A program made the translations under genes and the position numbers. Positions 50,430 through 63,020 of a DNA stretch of 64,000 nt are shown here, in pieces. A model generated the notes under the pieces. The model was not told the origin of the DNA and did no database searches. It saw only the letters and a list, made by a program, of their open reading frames with translations. Source of the stretch: Lama guanicoe (taxonomy: Eukaryota); NCBI GenBank assembly GCA_013239625.1, contig MU054120.1, forward strand, positions 558,001-622,000. The letters are read 5' to 3'. Positions within the stretch are counted from its first letter, which is position 1; every line of letters begins with the position of its first letter.

Positions 50430-51785
50430 AAGCTCTCACATTGTAATTCTCATATTCATATATTCAGTTTGAGTCTTTTTTTATATCTTCTATGGCCCTA
50501 CTTAATTATTTGTGAAGTATAATTATATTCACTGTTTTAATATCCTTGCCGGTTAATTTTAACATTTATGTCAGTACTGGCTCACTTTTGATTCTTTGCT
50601 TTTCCCCCATGATTAGGTCATATTTCCTACTTCTTTGTATGCCCAGGCATCTTTTAAAGTTTATATTAAAAAGTTGATTTCAAAATACACCTAACAGGCA
50701 GAAAACAAACTGCAAAATTTGTTTACGTCTTCTTAACAGTTCCCGGAGCATTTCTACAGTTCCATTTCTGATAAGTTGAGTATTCTGGAGAGCTCTAAAT
50801 TTATATCTCTAGTTTCAAATTCTCCTTTGAGCTACGGACTCACAAACCCAATTGTATGTGTGTCAACTGTACCTGTGTTTGTCACAGTTCCCCCCAGACC
50901 TGTTCCACTCGCCCCACAATGTCTTAACACGTCAGTCAGCGGCAGCTCCATCTGTATCGTTGTTCAGAAATTCCTGATCTTGCCCTTTCTCGGCCTCCTC
51001 TTTTCTTACTGCATCTCGTCCGTTAATAAGTATGCGTGGACATTTTTTTTTATTGGGTGCTACATGTAGTAACTTTTACCTCCCTGAGGGCTGGATATTT
51101 TTGTTTTGTTCTGGGTTGTACAGAAATTACTTGAAAACAGTTTGATCCTTTTAGGTCTTGCTTTTTAGGTTTGATAGGTGGGCGTGGAGCAGTGCTCAGT
51201 GCAGGTCTGGGCACTCCTCAGTCCTGAGGCATGGTCCCTCTGTGTGCTGTTCTGCCCAGTGCTCGTGGTTTTCCAGCCTGGCTGGTGGGAACGGGTACCA
51301 CTCTAGCCCTATGTGAGTGCCAAGGGCAGCTCCCTCTGTATCCTTTCAGGTGGTTCTTTTCTGGGCTGAAGCAGCTTCCTCATATTAATGCACTGATCAG
51401 CACTCAGCTAATTACCCCGGGGAAACCCTCAGCAGTTCTCCAGAGTTCTCTCTCTCTCTCTTCGTCTGTAACCGTCTCCTCCCCCACACTCTGTCCTTGG
51501 TCACTCCCTGATTCTCAACACTGTCTCCATAACTCAAGGAGTCTGCCAGGCTCTGCCTGGGTTCCCCTGGGGAAATCTTTGTCATCAGGCTGTCTTAAGA
51601 CAGTAAGTAGCCTGGGGAAATTGAGGGGTTCACCTCATTTCTCATAGATTTTGATGACTTTCATTTCCTGATGCTCAGGGTCTTGAAAACTGCTGCCTTC
51701 ATACATTTTATCCATGTTTTGGTTGTCTCAGGTGAGAGGGTATAAATCTGGCACTGGTTACCTCATCTTGGTGGAACTAGAAGTT
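50430..51785 (-). mobile_element. Old L1 5' end (5' UTR/ORF1 start; L1MC/MD-like), interrupted at about 50655-51040
   Basis: acttgaaaacagtttgatccttt…ttttccagcctggctggtgggaac…ctgatcagcactcagct…gtcttgaaaactg…catcttggtggaactagaagt (reverse of an L1M 5' terminus). Confidence 0.75.
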
Positions 51786-51789
51786 ACAC

Positions 51790-53130
51790 TAATAGACATT
51801 TACATGCAAAGAAATAGCATCAAAATATATGTAGTAAAAACTTATACATTTAAAGAAATACTGAAAGAAACCCAAATTTAGGCAAATTCTTTAAAGTTTT
51901 GGTATATGAGAAAAATGAGTATGAGAATATGTTGTATTCTAATGCTATAGTCAATAAGGTTAATAGGTCTGTATATCATACTTAGTTTTCTACAAAGAAT
52001 ATATACTTTTAGTCAATCTTGAGTATAAGAATTGATCACTCACAACACTGTAAAATGATTATGAATCAATAAAAAATGTAAAAAAAAAAAAAAAAGAATT
52101 GATCACTTAGCCAGCCACAGGAAGATTTCAGTATGCACCATGAAAAAGAAATGATAAATAATTAAAAGACTTGTTGCATTCTTTAACCACAAGTGATAAA
52201 AATTGAAACCCATAATTTCAACAGAATAAAACTATGTGAAGATTAAAAATAGAAAATCTCTTAATAGCTGAATCAAACAAAAATCATATAAAAATTATTA
52301 GTATTGGTTTTTCACATTAACCATGAAAATATTCTACATAAAATGTGATAAGCTGTGATAAAAAAGGTATACTCAAAGACAAATATAAGGCTCAAATGGT
52401 GTTTGTTATTATTAAAAATGACTAAAATAACTAAAATAATTAACTAAACATATAATTATTATCTACCATATTCCAGTATTAAGAGAGATTCTGGGGCCAT
52501 AATGTAAAATAGTATTGACATAAGTCAGATTCTAGTGGAAGGAATACTCAATGTAAGTGTCTACAAAAACATTCAAAAACAGAAACCAAAGATGGGAGAA
52601 TAAATGGGATTATAACCATTGATACAGAGACTTATAAATATAAGAGCATTGTGCACAACTCTGCAGTAACAAATGGGCAAATGATAATTTTAAGGGAAAA
52701 TTTTCTGTTTATGTATAATTTTTAAGTATTACATCTGAGAAGAATCAGAAGACCTGAAAAAACCAAGTATCACAGAAGAATCAGAAAAACTTATCAAAGA
52801 CTTATACCCAATAACGGATCTAAGATTTCTCTCAAACTTTCAAAAGAACATATATATCCAATGCTACCTACCATGGAATTTAGGAAAACCTAAAAACATC
52901 TTAATTTATTTTGTAGAGCTACTGTGATCTACTACAAAGCTATAAATACCACTGAACTGAAAAGAAAATCAGTGGGTTTCCCCTTGTGTGAAAAATACAC
53001 ATGTAAATACAGCCTGAAAAAAGCTGACAAAGCTACATCTAGATCCACACATAATCTCACAACCAATTTTACACGAAAAAACAGAAATATTTTAATATTA
53101 GGAAATAGTCAACTCTAACAGCGATTATCA
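51790..53130 (+). mobile_element. Highly decayed old L1 ORF2 fragments
   Basis: A-rich, with remnants such as ttctttaaccacaagtgataaaattgaaa, tataaccattgatacagag, gaagacctgaaaaaaccaa…aaaacttatcaaagactta. Confidence 0.55.
52041..52093 (+). mobile_element. 53-bp L1 3' tip with poly(A) and a perfect 14-bp TSD
   Basis: cacaacactgtaaaatgattatgaatcaataaaaaatgt(A)n; AAGAATTGATCACT at 52027-52040 and 52094-52107. Confidence 0.92.
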
Positions 53131-54919
53131 ATTATTAGCAGCATAATATAATCTAATGTGTTACTGAGCACCCATTCAATTATATCCCAAAGCAGTTTAC
53201 ACTTAAATACTTAGAATACTTGATCCAGATGCATATTTTCTCAGTGTCATAAAGACCATTATAGAGCTCACAGGAGTCTGAGTGGTTGCTATCGCTCGGC
53301 TCGTTCCACCATGAACTGCTCCTGCTCCCCTAAACATTCTCTGGCTCTGTGAATTCAGGCCCAGGGTCCTTCAGCAGGAATGTTCTACAAGACGATGGCA
53401 AGCCTGTAGCCCCACCGGTGATGCGGGCAATGGAACTGCCATCCAGGGTCCCAAATTGTTGGACACCCACTAAGTGGGAGGCTGGGAAACCAAGGTTATA
53501 TGCAACTTACTGGACAATGAGATTGAGAGAAAACTCAGAGAGAATAAAAAACAAAGAAAAGAGAAGGCAAGAAAGAAGAAGAAAAAGAGAAAGCATGAGA
53601 GTCAAAGAGAAGTAGAAGAGAAATAGAGGATACAAGCGTGGGAGGAAGGGAGAAGAGGACAAAGAGGAAAAAAATGAATTAAGGATCTCTTAAGCTAGTT
53701 ATCAATATCTCTACTTTAAAGATAAGGAAAAGAACTCACTCAAGATCAAACAACTTGTAAGCAATGGAACTGCAATTTGAACATGCATACCGAATCCTGG
53801 ACTCCTAATTCTAAAGCCAACCTTCTTTTCATTACACCAGGCCGCCTCCTCCTTTTTCCTTTCACTCTCACCATCCTTGAAAGCCTGGAGTCCAAGTCAT
53901 TAAATTCATTCAAATGACCTTTATCCCACGTTTGTACTTGACCTGAAGACGTCTGCGTATCTTTCCCCATCCTGGACTTGCAGAACATGTCTTTGGATTC
54001 TTTGTTTCCTGTGCTTTCTACCATCATCAGAAATTTACATCCATTCTGGTTGAACTTGATGTTAGATTCAACACATTGACAGGCTGTAGCCTGTCAAAAT
54101 ATCTTTAAACCCACATTCTGATTTCTAATTCACGGTTTCTTTAAGCTTTATTCCATTAGCAATTTTTATAATCATCCCTTTTATATTTTCTTCCTTGTTA
54201 CTGATAAAAGCACTGGCTAGAACAGGATCGAGAAACAGAAATTAAAAAGTGCCTTCCACGTTATCCTCCACTCTTTAATTAGCACTATGTGAGCAGAGTA
54301 TTTTAGCTGGTTACTAATCCACCAAATTATACAACCATCCCAACAGTAGTTCTCAATTTTTTTCTACAAGGAAAATAAAAAGTCCCTGCCAAATAGTTTA
54401 TTGAAGTACAGTCTCATTATATGCATTATATTTGACTTACCTTCCCATCTAGAATCTAATTTCAAATTACTTACATGGCCAGACTGAGACTACACCATAA
54501 ATCTCAAACGGCCTTACAAGTGGATTACTCTATTATCCTTCCTAAATGTCAATAAGATATGCTTTCCACTGATATATTTTAAAGTCATTAAATGTGATAT
54601 TAAGCAGAAGCTTAGTTAAAGCACAGCATTAGCTCAGCCATCTGTTTTGTATATGGTGTTGTAATAATTTTAGGGACTCCACAGTTCATTCCTTGCACTT
54701 GAGTACCTACCTGTCTTCTTAAAGAACATGGGCCTTGTGGTCAAGACTGGGAGGAAGAAGAGCTGGATTCTACCCCCAGTTCAACCCATAACTACCTTGC
54801 TGATGGTGTCATGTCATTATTGACACAGGTTTCATTTGATTCATTTATAAAGTTGAAAGAATTTACCATATTAGCATTCCCCAAAGCATCCTTAAAATTT
54901 CAATTCCAGTTTAATAATT

Positions 54920-55320
54920 GCTGAAGTAAGCCAGAAAGAGAAAGAAAAATACCATATGAGATCGCTCATATGTGGAATCTAAGAAAAGAACATAAATACA
55001 AAACAGAAACAGACTCATAGACACAGAATACAAACTTGTGGTTGCCAAGGGGGAGGGGGGTGGGAAGGGATAGACTGGGAGTTTAAAATTTGTAGATACT
55101 GACAAGTGTATGTAGAATAGATAAACAAGATTATACTGTGTAGCACAGGGAAATATATATAAGATCTTGTGGCAGCTCACAGTGAAAAAAACTGTGACAA
55201 TGAATAAATGAATATATGTATGTTCGTGTATAACGGAAAAATTGTGCTCTACACTGGAATTGGACATAACATTGTAAAATGACTATAACTCAATAAAAAA
55301 TGTTAAAAAAGAAAAAGAAA
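54920..55320 (+). mobile_element. Young L1 3' UTR (distinct subfamily, probably the youngest in the window)
   Basis: ctgaagtaagccagaaagagaaagaaaaataccatatgagatcgctcatatgtggaatc…gcacagggaaatatatataagatcttgtgg…cattgtaaaatgactataactcaataaaaaatgtt(A)n. Confidence 0.9.
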
Positions 55321-56249
55321 ATATGGTGTCTACAGTAAAATAGTTTTGGGCAATGGCAAAAGCCTTCTTTACTGAAGGATTATCAGAACCTGGGAATTAA
55401 AATAAAAAAAATTTTTTTTTCCCAGCAAAGAGCTATGCTAGTCTTTCCTAGCTTATTAAGATATAGAACACTTCTACATGGTTCTATCTTGTTGACTAGT
55501 GTTCTCCAGAGTGTGTGCTGGGAAATGTAAAAATATACTTGAAGATCTAAGTTTCACTTCTACTCCATAGGGTTCTATAATTACCATACATTCTACATTC
55601 ACTCAGTCCAGGTACAAGATCTAGAATTTTCATCAGGAAGACAAAACCCAGGCAAATTGAATTAAAATGGTGTCAGTAGATTTGAATAAGGCTAAAATTG
55701 AAATTTAGAGGTTCACTATTGTGAATGGATTCTGAGTGTATTTACAGCAAAAGCTTGTCCCATTAAGTGAAAGCAAATGCAATGATTGCCACCAAAAAGT
55801 GACTATGATGTGTTCCTATTACTGATTTTTTTTTTTTTACTGTTGTGGTGGGGTTAAAATAACTTTCAGACGGAAAAGAAACATATAAGTTTACTGTAGG
55901 CTTGATGAAAATTGTATTTAAAAACACAAGAATGTAAGAAAAGAGCTTACAGAAAATATATGGTTAAAAAGAAAGCAGATAAAATACAATATTTGGATTA
56001 AATATTCTGACACACGGCACTGGTGGTTGAACAGAGTGTTAACCTAACAGAGTTCTTAAAATGTTTCCTGCTTTTCTGTAGATTTCTCACCTTCCTGTTA
56101 AATTTTCATTGAATACAGAGTGTTAAGAGGAAAAAAAGAAAAAGCTAGAAGGCACAGAAGATGAGTATGATTTCTTAAAAGACACAATGTACTTGTTAAA
56201 CTCTAATACACATTTGCCCTCAAAGGTTAGTCTGAGGAAGCTGTTCTAT

Positions 56250-56720
56250 TTGTCCCCTCTGTGCACGTTTGGCCTCAGGAAAGGACAAACCCACATCTTC
56301 ATCCTATCACTTACAACAAACATCAAGTTCCTTAAAGGTGGTGTTTACACACCCTTATATTCTTCAGTATTCCTGTTTCAGCGCCTTTCCATAATAAGTA
56401 CTCAATAAATATTTGATGATGAAACTACACTAGACATGGTATGAGGTGCTAGAGATACAAGGATGAATGATGCTCAGGCCCTTCCCTCAAGGTGTCAGTG
56501 TTCTAGTCAAAACCAGTACGACCTTGCAGGGTGGAAGGTGCTGAGGAAGTGCTATGCACAGCCTGGGGGTGAGCACAGGCGGAGGGCCTAACCCGGTCGA
56601 GGAGGAAACCTCGACCGATTGTTCAAGGACGAATCGGGGTTAAAGATTCAGAAAGCGTATTCCCCATGGAAGCAACAGAGCAGGCGATGGGCAAGGATGA
56701 GAGAGAACACGATGGAGAGA
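56250..56720. mobile_element. L2 fragments, apparently tail-to-tail
   Basis: Plus-strand tail aagtactcaataaatatttgatgatgaa at about 56397-56423, then minus-strand body aggtgctagagatacaaggatgaa…ccctcaagg. Confidence 0.55.
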
Positions 56721-58249
56721 AGGACTCAGAAACCCACATCTGCCTTCTCATGGACTCCACTGGCAACTTACTAAACCAGGATCCATCGCTTTACCCCTAC
56801 CCGGAGGACAGTACATGCCTTCCTCACCACCCGCTGTCGTGTGACCACTGCTGGCACCTGCGCTGACTTACAAAAGCAGCACCTGAAGATCGAGTTGCTG
56901 TAATTACTTACACTTTTGCTTCTGCTTTGCCCCATAAAAAAAATAAATAAATAAAAACAGAAAGGAAAGAGTAAAGGATAAGAGGTTCGAAGCCAGCCTT
57001 GCATCCCCAGTCTACTATTCGTCACGTGCGTGACATAGTTCAACCTAATTTTTTCCTATGGGCATTAGTCTTCCTGGTTTAAAAATGGAGCTGGGAGGTG
57101 GGTGATGAGCGTGAGATGGTAACTTTAAGGATGACTGCAAATATTAAAAGAATCAAGGAATGCTGAATTCCTCTGTAAGTTAAGAAAAAACTACACGCCA
57201 TTATTGTTATTCATACACCGATGGGCTTTTTTCAGTGACAAGTAGGTATGAGTAAGTCAGGTCATCAGTAGGGGGTTTTGATAACTGAAGTGGTTTGTGG
57301 CATGAAAACCATGAACTTAAGAAGAATTTTCTAGTCATTCTTTCCTTACTTGCTTCTTGAATTACTTTACTCTAATACTGATTTTCTATGTAACGTCCTA
57401 GTGACATATTCTGACTTTTGAGCTGTCTCCTTATTTTGGTTTCCTTTCAGAACTGAATGACACTTGAGAACAATTTATATTTATGAACTGATCACCTAAA
57501 TTCAGGGAACGTATCATTATAAAAGGTCAAATAAAAATGTCCACTTTCTTTAGAACTAAAGAAACATTTTGAACCCAGTACACTAGGAAATTTTAAATTG
57601 CATCTTAACACAGCAGGCCACTCCATTCAGAAGCAATGCTTTTTATGTAATTTGAGGGAGCAGCATTCCGAGCTTTCAAACCCTCTTCTTAATCTCCTTT
57701 CTATTTCTACAGTTTACTCTTCTATAATGTACAGGCCACTGTTTTGGTGGATTCATCTCTCAAAACACATGTCTAAACTCATATATCTAGTCTAGTAATG
57801 TGTGGGATATTCTTGATAATTGCTTTTAATTTTTTTTCTTGATGCCTATGTAAAAATTGATTCAAAGGTAAACTTTACCGTGAAAACTGGGACAAAAGTT
57901 CATAGACTTCAACAGTTCATAAATTAAGTCTATTAGGAATACTTCCTAATTTTAAAAAATGCACTTTTATTGGCAACATAGCTTGTCTGCTAGGACGTTC
58001 AACGTAGTATCTTACTGATGCAGCTTCATTTGCATATCTTGCTCTGCTTTCTACTGAGTCTTTCTATCAACTTCTATTTTTTAATTTTTTATGTAAACTT
58101 CTTTAACAAAGCAACTATGTATGTTAAAAGCCTAGTTAAACAACTATTTATATTCAAACTTTGGTATGTTTTATTCCTGGTGCACAGTCAAATTTACTTT
58201 GGATGACTTTTATGTTTCAGATCTTAGGATGTGCTATGATACTGATGAT

Positions 58250-58378
58250 ACTCATTCATTCATTTAATCAGGAAGTATTTTTGAGTACTTGTTCTGGGTT
58301 AGAAGAAGATGCAATCTATGCCCTCATGGAACTCAGATCTATAAAAACAGGCTACGTATGTATATGTGTATATGTGTA

Positions 58379-58414
<36 letters not shown>

Positions 58415-58790
58415 TGTGTATATAATACACACAGAGAAATTCAAGTAAACATGAAAAATTAAGAGAAGTGTCATGAAACAGGAAATGTGATAGAAAAAAT
58501 TGATGCATAGACAAAGATTCAGGTAAGATTCTTTGGGGGCCATATTTTGTTTGAGAATTGAAAGTTAAGAAGAAGCTGGCTGTTCCACAAGTAGGAGATC
58601 CCAACATGAAAATAAAATATGCGCAGCTTCCTCAGGAAATTCCTAGCAGAAAAGCAGCCGCCGGTGGTACAGAACGAGTAGCGGAGAGATGAGAAGAAAT
58701 GAAACCGGAGAAGCAAAAGCAGCCCCTGAAAAGAAGTTGGAATGTTATTCTAAGAGAATCAGAGGCGAAAAGAGGGGAAAGTGGACGGTT
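58250..58790 (-). mobile_element. L2 fragment containing a (TCTG)n(TCTA)n microsatellite
   Basis: ctcattcattcatttaatcaggaagtatttttgagtactt…gccctcatggaactcagatcta; STR at about 58378-58414. Confidence 0.6.
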
Positions 58791-59505
58791 TTATCCACCG
58801 TGTGTCCCATCGCTGTGTGGAGCACTTTGTATTTCTTTCATTTATTCTTCAAAATAACCTTTTGAGAAATCTGTTAGTAGCCTGAAATTCTACACTAGAA
58901 AAATAAGGTTCACTTGCTGTACAGTTAGTAAATGGAGAAGCTAAGATTCAGATCTGAGGGCTTTTGTCTACAAATAGGTGACTCGGTTACCGTAGCCCAC
59001 TACCTGGCGGAGACCATGAGAGCTGAGCCAGGCCACGAGCAGCAGCTCTATTCCCACCACCATCTCAAAGCACAGTGTTCTCACTGTTATTCTGGCTATT
59101 TGTGTCTAATACTACATTTAGTTCTCTGGCTGTAAGTGCCTCTCACTATTTTCTGAGCTTACTGACTTCACACATCCCAATGTACTCACTTCTTTAGTCC
59201 TCACAACGAGAGCAGGTTCCTGAAAACATTCGGTGATCAGCAAATACTAACTGAATGAAGGAACACATGAATGGAGTAGCTGATGACTGAATGGAAAGTA
59301 TGATATTCTCTAGGTAACAGTACACACTAATTAACAAAGTTTCTCATAGCGTCATTTTCTTTAAGGCATTCAGTTCTTTGGGACACTATTCAAAGTAAAT
59401 GGATACCATGATATTACGCTGCTGAATTTTCATACCACTTATAAAGTTAGTACGGTGTGGAGTGTTGGTTCTCAATGATCAGTGTGTATGAGAGCCACTT
59501 GTTTT

Positions 59506-60735
59506 CAGAGTTCTTCAAGTGATTTTTGTTTGTGTATTATCCTAAAATAATTTTGAAAACCTACCTTTCACATATTCAACTTGACATCTAAAGCTTTCCA
59601 TCAAAATTTTAAATACTTAGAAAGGGCACAACCTCTGAAGTATTGTAAGGATAAGCATTTTAAGAAAATACATTTGACTAAACATATTTCTATTGTTTTT
59701 AATATAGCCAATGGAATAAAGATACCATTATGATTTGATACTCAGCACTTAAAGGAAAATGGGAAAAACTTTCATTCGATAGTTGAAAAATGAATACTAT
59801 TCATTTTTTTCTTTTAACTCATTTGCCCATTTTATTTTCACCACAGAATTTAACCTTAATTTAAATATCTCATGGTCAAGAGTCTTAGTGATATTATCAT
59901 AGTCCTATGATAACTTTTAAATTAATTAAAAAAATAGTCTATGACCATACATTTTTATGTCTTAAATTTCTTTTGGATTGAATCATCATTGTGATTAGTA
60001 TTTGTACATGTTTTACCCAAAGATTGAAAATACATTTCAAATTTTGATAATAGAAGATGTAACATAAAAGTAAAATTTCATTGGAAATCATCCTTTAATG
60101 AGATGTAAGTTAATCTCTTCCAACTTAGATCATGTATCCAAGGGTGAATAATATTTTTGGCTTGAATGAGAAAGGCTTTAATACCAGTCAATTCCTAATT
60201 TTTTAAAATGATAATCACTGAGAAACTTTGTTCACAAAAAAAGGTAGATGAGATTGGAAAGCGTTTCATAATAGCAGTATAACATGACTCTTTGCACTCC
60301 TTTTGAGTTACATGCCTCAAATGGCAGTAATCCATTATCAAAAATTATGTTTCATGATCTATAAGCTGACAACTCAATTGGGTTCTCTTTCCATTTCGCT
60401 GAAAGGAAGTAATTAGAAACCACTGTACTTGCAGAAAGATTTATTTTCTAGTCATTAGTGACATTTACCTTCTCAACATCAATATTTTAAATTATCTCTG
60501 CAGTTGGCATCCTAGGGGACTATACATGCTGGAGATGCTCTGCCGTTGTTCGATAAGACCTAGTTATGTGAACTGGGAAAAGGCCCAGGGGGAGAGGGGA
60601 CGTGGTGCAAGGAAACCAAGATAACCAGGTACGTTCTCAGGCAGACTGGTTTCAGGAATGGCACTTGTAGGAACTGACAACTTGGAAACTGATCCTTTTA
60701 AAACTATTTGAGCCCCCACACTTCAGAAAGTCCTG
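59506..60735 (-). mobile_element. hAT-Charlie DNA transposon remnant with transposase C-terminal (dimerisation) domain, nested in a MER5-like element
   Basis: Minus strand at about 60195-60280 translates to TAIMKRFPISSTFFCEQSFSVIIILKN (hAT P-S-T-x-x-CE-x-x-FS motif); degenerate TIRs cagagttcttcaagtg / cacttcagaaagtcctg; MER5-like halves at about 59462-59500 and 60830-60990. Confidence 0.75.
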
Positions 60736-60745
60736 ATGTGCCCCT

Positions 60746-60770
60746 AGATAGATAGACAGATAGATAGATA
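60746..60770. repeat. (GATA)n microsatellite
   Basis: agatagatagacagatagatagata. Confidence 0.85.
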
Positions 60771-61214
60771 CGCCTTTTCTGTAAAGTTAATAACCTAGGA
60801 TAGGAGCTGGAAATTACCATGTTTAGAACTTAGCCTCAGAGATTGTAATTCCATAGGTCTATTAAGAGGCCAGGAATATGTTTTTTTGTTTTTGTTTTTT
60901 GGATTTTGGGGTTTTTTTTCTCTTTTAACAAACTCACCCCAGGTAATTCCGATGCAGGTAATCCATAGATTGCTTTCCAAAAAACATTGTGCGGAGAAAG
61001 TAAATGCTTAAATACAAATAGTAGGTAACATTATTGATTACTTTGTCCCAAGAATGACTGTATGTTACATGTGACAAATATTTATTCATAAAATCCTTTC
61101 AACACTGATGAGATCTTACTATTAGTTCCATGTTAAATTTGGATAAATTGAATTAATGAGAAGTTAAATCACTCATGTAAGATACACTGAATGCGAAAAG
61201 GGAGGGGACACGAG

Positions 61215-61720
61215 TTAACATGAGGCTGGTAAAGATTCAAGGCATAGAGAGCCTGGAATTCCAGGCTGAGATGTAAGACTGTGTTTGGGGAGGCAGTGGG
61301 CACCTATGGAAGGACTTCATACAGGTAATGATGCGCCTAGTCTAGTGTGAGAGAAAGAGGCCAGGGCAGAGTGCTGGAAGACACCGATAGTTAGGGAACA
61401 GATAAAGGAGGAGAAGCCTGGAAGGACTGATTAGAGAGAGAGAAAATGAGTCAGCCCAAGAAACACTCAAGAAGCATGAAAGAAGCTATAATGTTACATG
61501 GTAGAGGAACAAAGAAATGAAGAAAACACAACATTGTCCACTGAATTTAGCAAAACAGAGATCACTGCTGAAAATGATTTAATTGGTGTCATAGAAATAA
61601 AAGCTAGATGGCACTAGTTTGAGGAATAAATGGAGAAAGAAGAAAACTGGACAATGTGTAAACTCTTTCGAGAGACTTAACAGTGAAGAAAAACGAAACT
61701 TGTTGCTGCTGCAAAGCTGA
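61215..61720 (-). mobile_element. L2 fragment (preceded by a MIR remnant at about 61010-61200)
   Basis: ggcagtgggcacctatggaaggacttcatacagg…; tgtccactgaatttagcaaaacagagatcactg…; gtgtaaactctttcgagagactt. Confidence 0.6.
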
Positions 61721-62399
61721 GAACAGAAGAGTATTTCTGATATTAGTGATAAAGAACTGACAACTGACTCAAGAAAGCAGAAAGGCAGGAACTCCAGGGC
61801 TCAGCAGGAAGCAGATTATGTAACAACGGAATTAATATGGGATAGATGTAAGAGTTGGTTACAGGAAAAAACGTCCGGGGCTAAAATTTTGCTCAAAAGC
61901 TAAGAGTCAGCAGGTCAGCAGATGACAGTGATTAAGAGAAATAGGTGCTGTTTCTGGATTATATCTTCAGATGATCAAGGATTTCTACAAGAGCGTTCAC
62001 AGGAGCATGCTTGGAAAGCGCCACCGCAGAGCTCTGAGGGTGAGGAGCTAGACCTGGAAGGAAGAACTGAACTTAAAAGTATGCCTTGATCAGCCATTTC
62101 ACAAGTCACTGGAGTGCTTACTTTTTTCTGGGAACTATGCTAAGGACGCAAGTTATAAATAAAGATATTTCATCACTTCTCAACCAGTGACACTACGCAA
62201 GGAAACTGCTCAAGTTAATAAAACTTGCTAAAGAATTTACGGAAGGTTTAGAAGCATATATATTTTGGGGGTCAGGGGTGGGGGGATAAAGCAGTTTTTG
62301 TTGTTTTCATTTTGACAGCACCAGATTTTTTTTTTTTTTGGTGCAGGTAATTAGCTATGAAAGGTTTGAATAAAGCACAACCTGTCTGATACATGGATA

Positions 62400-63020
62400 A
62401 GACGCCGTATCATAAAATAACTACAAAGAAATAAAAATGTCTGCTAGAAATACATAAAAGTGCTTTGGGAAGAGAGAGTGGGGGTACTCACCACGCCTCA
62501 ACACAGAGAAGGTGGGAGAGTTCCACGCAGGTGGAGACCTGTACGTTGAGTCTCATTCAGCGAATTTTCTAGGTTTAGAAAGTGTGGGGGGCAGCCCACG
62601 CAGGCAACTGTGAAAATCGTGAAGTCAGAAAAACAGCCTGAATCCATATTTTGGAGGCTATTGCATGGAGTTATTTGTACTTATCTGTGCAAGAAATTCT
62701 GGGAGGGGAGGGTGGAGACAGGGAGATGCATTAAACAAAGAAGCAAATGAAGTAAAGGAGTTTACTCTGAATGTGTTAGCCTCTGCAGCAGTGTGAAGGA
62801 GTGGTTTTTGAGGGGAAACTGAGCGAAGAACACACATTAATAGGTTATTGAAATTATTTAGACTAGAGCTGAGGGTGTGGGCACGGAGAGGAGTGCAAGG
62901 ATTTGGGAACGACGTGGGATAGAGAGTGAGGACGTTTTGAGTGAGGGAAAGATCCAAGGAGGACACCATGTTCCTTAATACAAACAACTGTGCAGGAAGA
63001 AGGTGGTGAGGTTGACCCAG
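62400..63020 (-). mobile_element. L2 fragment
   Basis: aaaagtgctttgggaag…; ctctgcagcagtgtgaagga…taataggttattgaaattattta…ggatttgggaacgacgtgggatagagagtgagg. Confidence 0.6.

Noticed and set aside
53530..53680. Lys/Arg/Glu-rich ORF end (53349-53615)
   Set aside because: Translation of a purine-rich low-complexity tract.
54076..54097. Perfect 10-bp-stem hairpin TTGACAGGCT-GT-AGCCTGTCAA
   Set aside because: A single short palindrome with no supporting context; may arise by chance or local template switching.
57021..57034. Quasi-palindrome GTCACGTGCGTGAC (E-box plus XRE core)
   Set aside because: Lies within a decayed MIR core; isolated motif without other promoter features.
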